A stretch of 64,000 bases of DNA from IMG/VR virus record IMGVR_UViG_3300005529_000005, positions 4,499 to 68,498 of that record; one strand, written 5' to 3'. Positions 63,997-64,000 of the stretch are shown in pieces; position 1 is the first letter of the stretch, and every line of letters begins with the position of its first letter. Under the pieces are notes generated by a model. The model did not search any database and was not told where the DNA came from. It was given only the letters and a program-made list of their open reading frames with translations. The position numbers and the translations under genes are program-made. Source of the DNA: a virus.

Positions 63997-64000
63997 GTTT

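Larger units (their letters stand above)
1..64000. mobile_element. Tailed dsDNA bacteriophage genome (contractile-tail-type baseplate; DUF1073 portal/DUF2213/DUF2184-type head module), partial, probable alphaproteobacterial host
   Basis: Terminase, portal, head morphogenesis, capsid, baseplate hub/spike/J, endolysins, recombination and replication genes fill the window; no host housekeeping genes or att-flanked boundaries seen. Confidence 0.95.

Overview
The whole 64-kb window is one GC-rich tailed dsDNA phage genome, circularly permuted and incomplete. The neck, sheath, tube and tape-measure genes expected between the capsid gene (window end) and the baseplate genes (window start) are not seen. 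Layout: baseplate and tail appendages (1-12.9 kb, +); lysis and envelope genes (13.4-19.0 kb, +); a leftward early/recombination arm with ERF, YqaJ exonuclease, ASCH and DUF5131 (19.0-30.7 kb, -); a rightward Cro-like, RuvC, replication and DNA-modification arm (30.8-44.4 kb, +); a leftward accessory block (44.3-48.8 kb); a CmoA-like gene, regulators, an HNH and tRNA-like fragments (48.9-52.0 kb); terminase, portal, head and capsid (52.1-63.9 kb, +). The Omp25/RopB-type porin, XRE regulator and Cro-like protein point to an alphaproteobacterial (Hyphomicrobiales-like) host. No integrase or CI repressor is recognisable. Best candidates for new biology: (1) a cytosine hypermodification pathway made of a C5-MTase homolog with motif X Asn replaced by Arg (GRAV), a CmoA-like carboxy-SAM synthase homolog, an asparagine-synthetase-like amidotransferase and an adjacent UDG-fold protein; (2) five consecutive tail-locus proteins with Sec signal peptides and close Cys pairs, suggesting periplasmic folding; (3) head proteins carrying cargo domains (HiPIP-like 4-Cys, NUDIX, duplicated helical modules) joined by recurrent R/K-x-D linkers. 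All family assignments are by-eye motif recognition; no database search was run.
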